DNA from: Candidatus Saccharimonadota bacterium
GTDB taxonomy: Bacteria; Patescibacteriota; Gracilibacteria; BD1-5; UBA2023
NCBI GenBank assembly: GCA_963706795.1
Contig: OY970170.1
Coordinates: 420,001 to 452,000, forward strand
DNA: 32,000 nucleotides
Direction: 5' to 3'
The position numbers and the translations under genes were made by a program. Position 1 is the first letter of the stretch. Every line of letters begins with the position of its first letter. Below the pieces are notes generated by a model that made no database searches, was not told the DNA's origin, and was given only the letters and a program-made list of their open reading frames with translations. Positions 31,740-32,000 of this stretch are shown here, one piece after another.

Positions 31740-31999
31740 TGTATTCACCTTTTCAGAGATGATCTACTGAACTTTTGAGGGTATCAGTCGCTCATCCAAG
31801 GAGATCCATCGTCTCAGGATTTGAGAGTAGACGATCCATTGTCCCAAGAACCACACCCTTTTTTTCGGTAGGCGTAAGATTATATTTTTGGAATTTAGAC
31901 TCGATATATGCCGCAAAGGCTTTTTGATGCTCTGACGAGAAAAGCTCCGATTTTACACCAGCAAATACTCGGTCGAGTTCATGAGAACGTGCAACCTCA
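31740..31999 (-). CDS. ORFan protein A, C-terminal fragment (gene continues beyond the window)
   Basis: A different frame from gene B gives a protein-like translation: ..RSHELDRVFAGVKSELFSSEHQKAFAAYIESKFQKYNLTPTEKKGVVLGTMDRLLSNPETMDLLGGATDTLKSSVDHLGKGE. It ends at TAA 31740..31742. Confidence 0.55.
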
Positions 32000-32000
32000 G

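Noticed and set aside
1-31999. CRISPR arrays, rRNA genes, integrases/recombinases, reverse transcriptases (DGR) and toxin-antitoxin pairs.
   Set aside because: I saw no regularly spaced direct repeats, no rRNA-like conserved stretches and none of these protein signatures in any frame. Long-range near-identical repeats (for example DGR TR/VR pairs) cannot be excluded by eye and need a self-alignment.
1-31999. The suppressor-type tRNA-Gly(UCA) expected for table 25.
   Set aside because: Only tRNA-Leu(CAA) and tRNA-Ser(CGA) fold convincingly in this window. Finding no tRNA-Gly(UCA) here says nothing, because it is probably encoded elsewhere in the genome.

Overview
The window comes from a bacterium that reads UGA as glycine (translation table 25, as in Gracilibacteria/Absconditabacteria-type CPR lineages). 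Under the standard code about half the window looks like broken ORF fragments. Every break is an in-frame TGA, several TGAs fall on universally conserved Gly positions in RecA, DnaJ, YggU, a SAM-methyltransferase motif I and a GT4 glycosyltransferase, and every gene I call ends in TAA or TAG.

After manual retranslation the window holds these housekeeping genes:
- uvrB, rsmA, hsp20, an orphan pilC/gspF and prfA (RF1)
- tRNA-Leu(CAA) and tRNA-Ser(CGA)
- ClbS/DfsB-like, DUF2164, DUF4440 and YggU/DUF167 proteins
- a GT4 glycosyltransferase, an FNR-like oxidoreductase, recA, a TehB-like methyltransferase, dnaJ and a Pol-beta-type nucleotidyltransferase

It also holds two large blocks of ORFan genes:
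- One 1373-aa protein at 10249..14370.
- An array of at least 11 kb on the minus strand (20986..window end) with six consecutive large proteins: one partial, then 555, 653, 763, 846 and 626 aa. None has a domain I recognise. Each combines long charged, helical-looking regions with internal Gly/Ala-rich hydrophobic hairpins.

That array is my best candidate for an undescribed system, possibly a membrane or cell-surface apparatus of an episymbiotic CPR cell. Its function is inference only.

Other points of interest:
- a GC-rich structured intergenic region with its own promoter-like and terminator signals (candidate ncRNA)
- helically phased repeats upstream of recA
- a duplicated tRNA-Leu 5' fragment
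- a long structured tRNA spacer
- an ambiguous gene junction at 31.7 kb

I saw no CRISPR array, rRNA or intact mobile element. All coordinates and translations were derived by hand and should be checked computationally. By my count the printed sequence ends at 31999.
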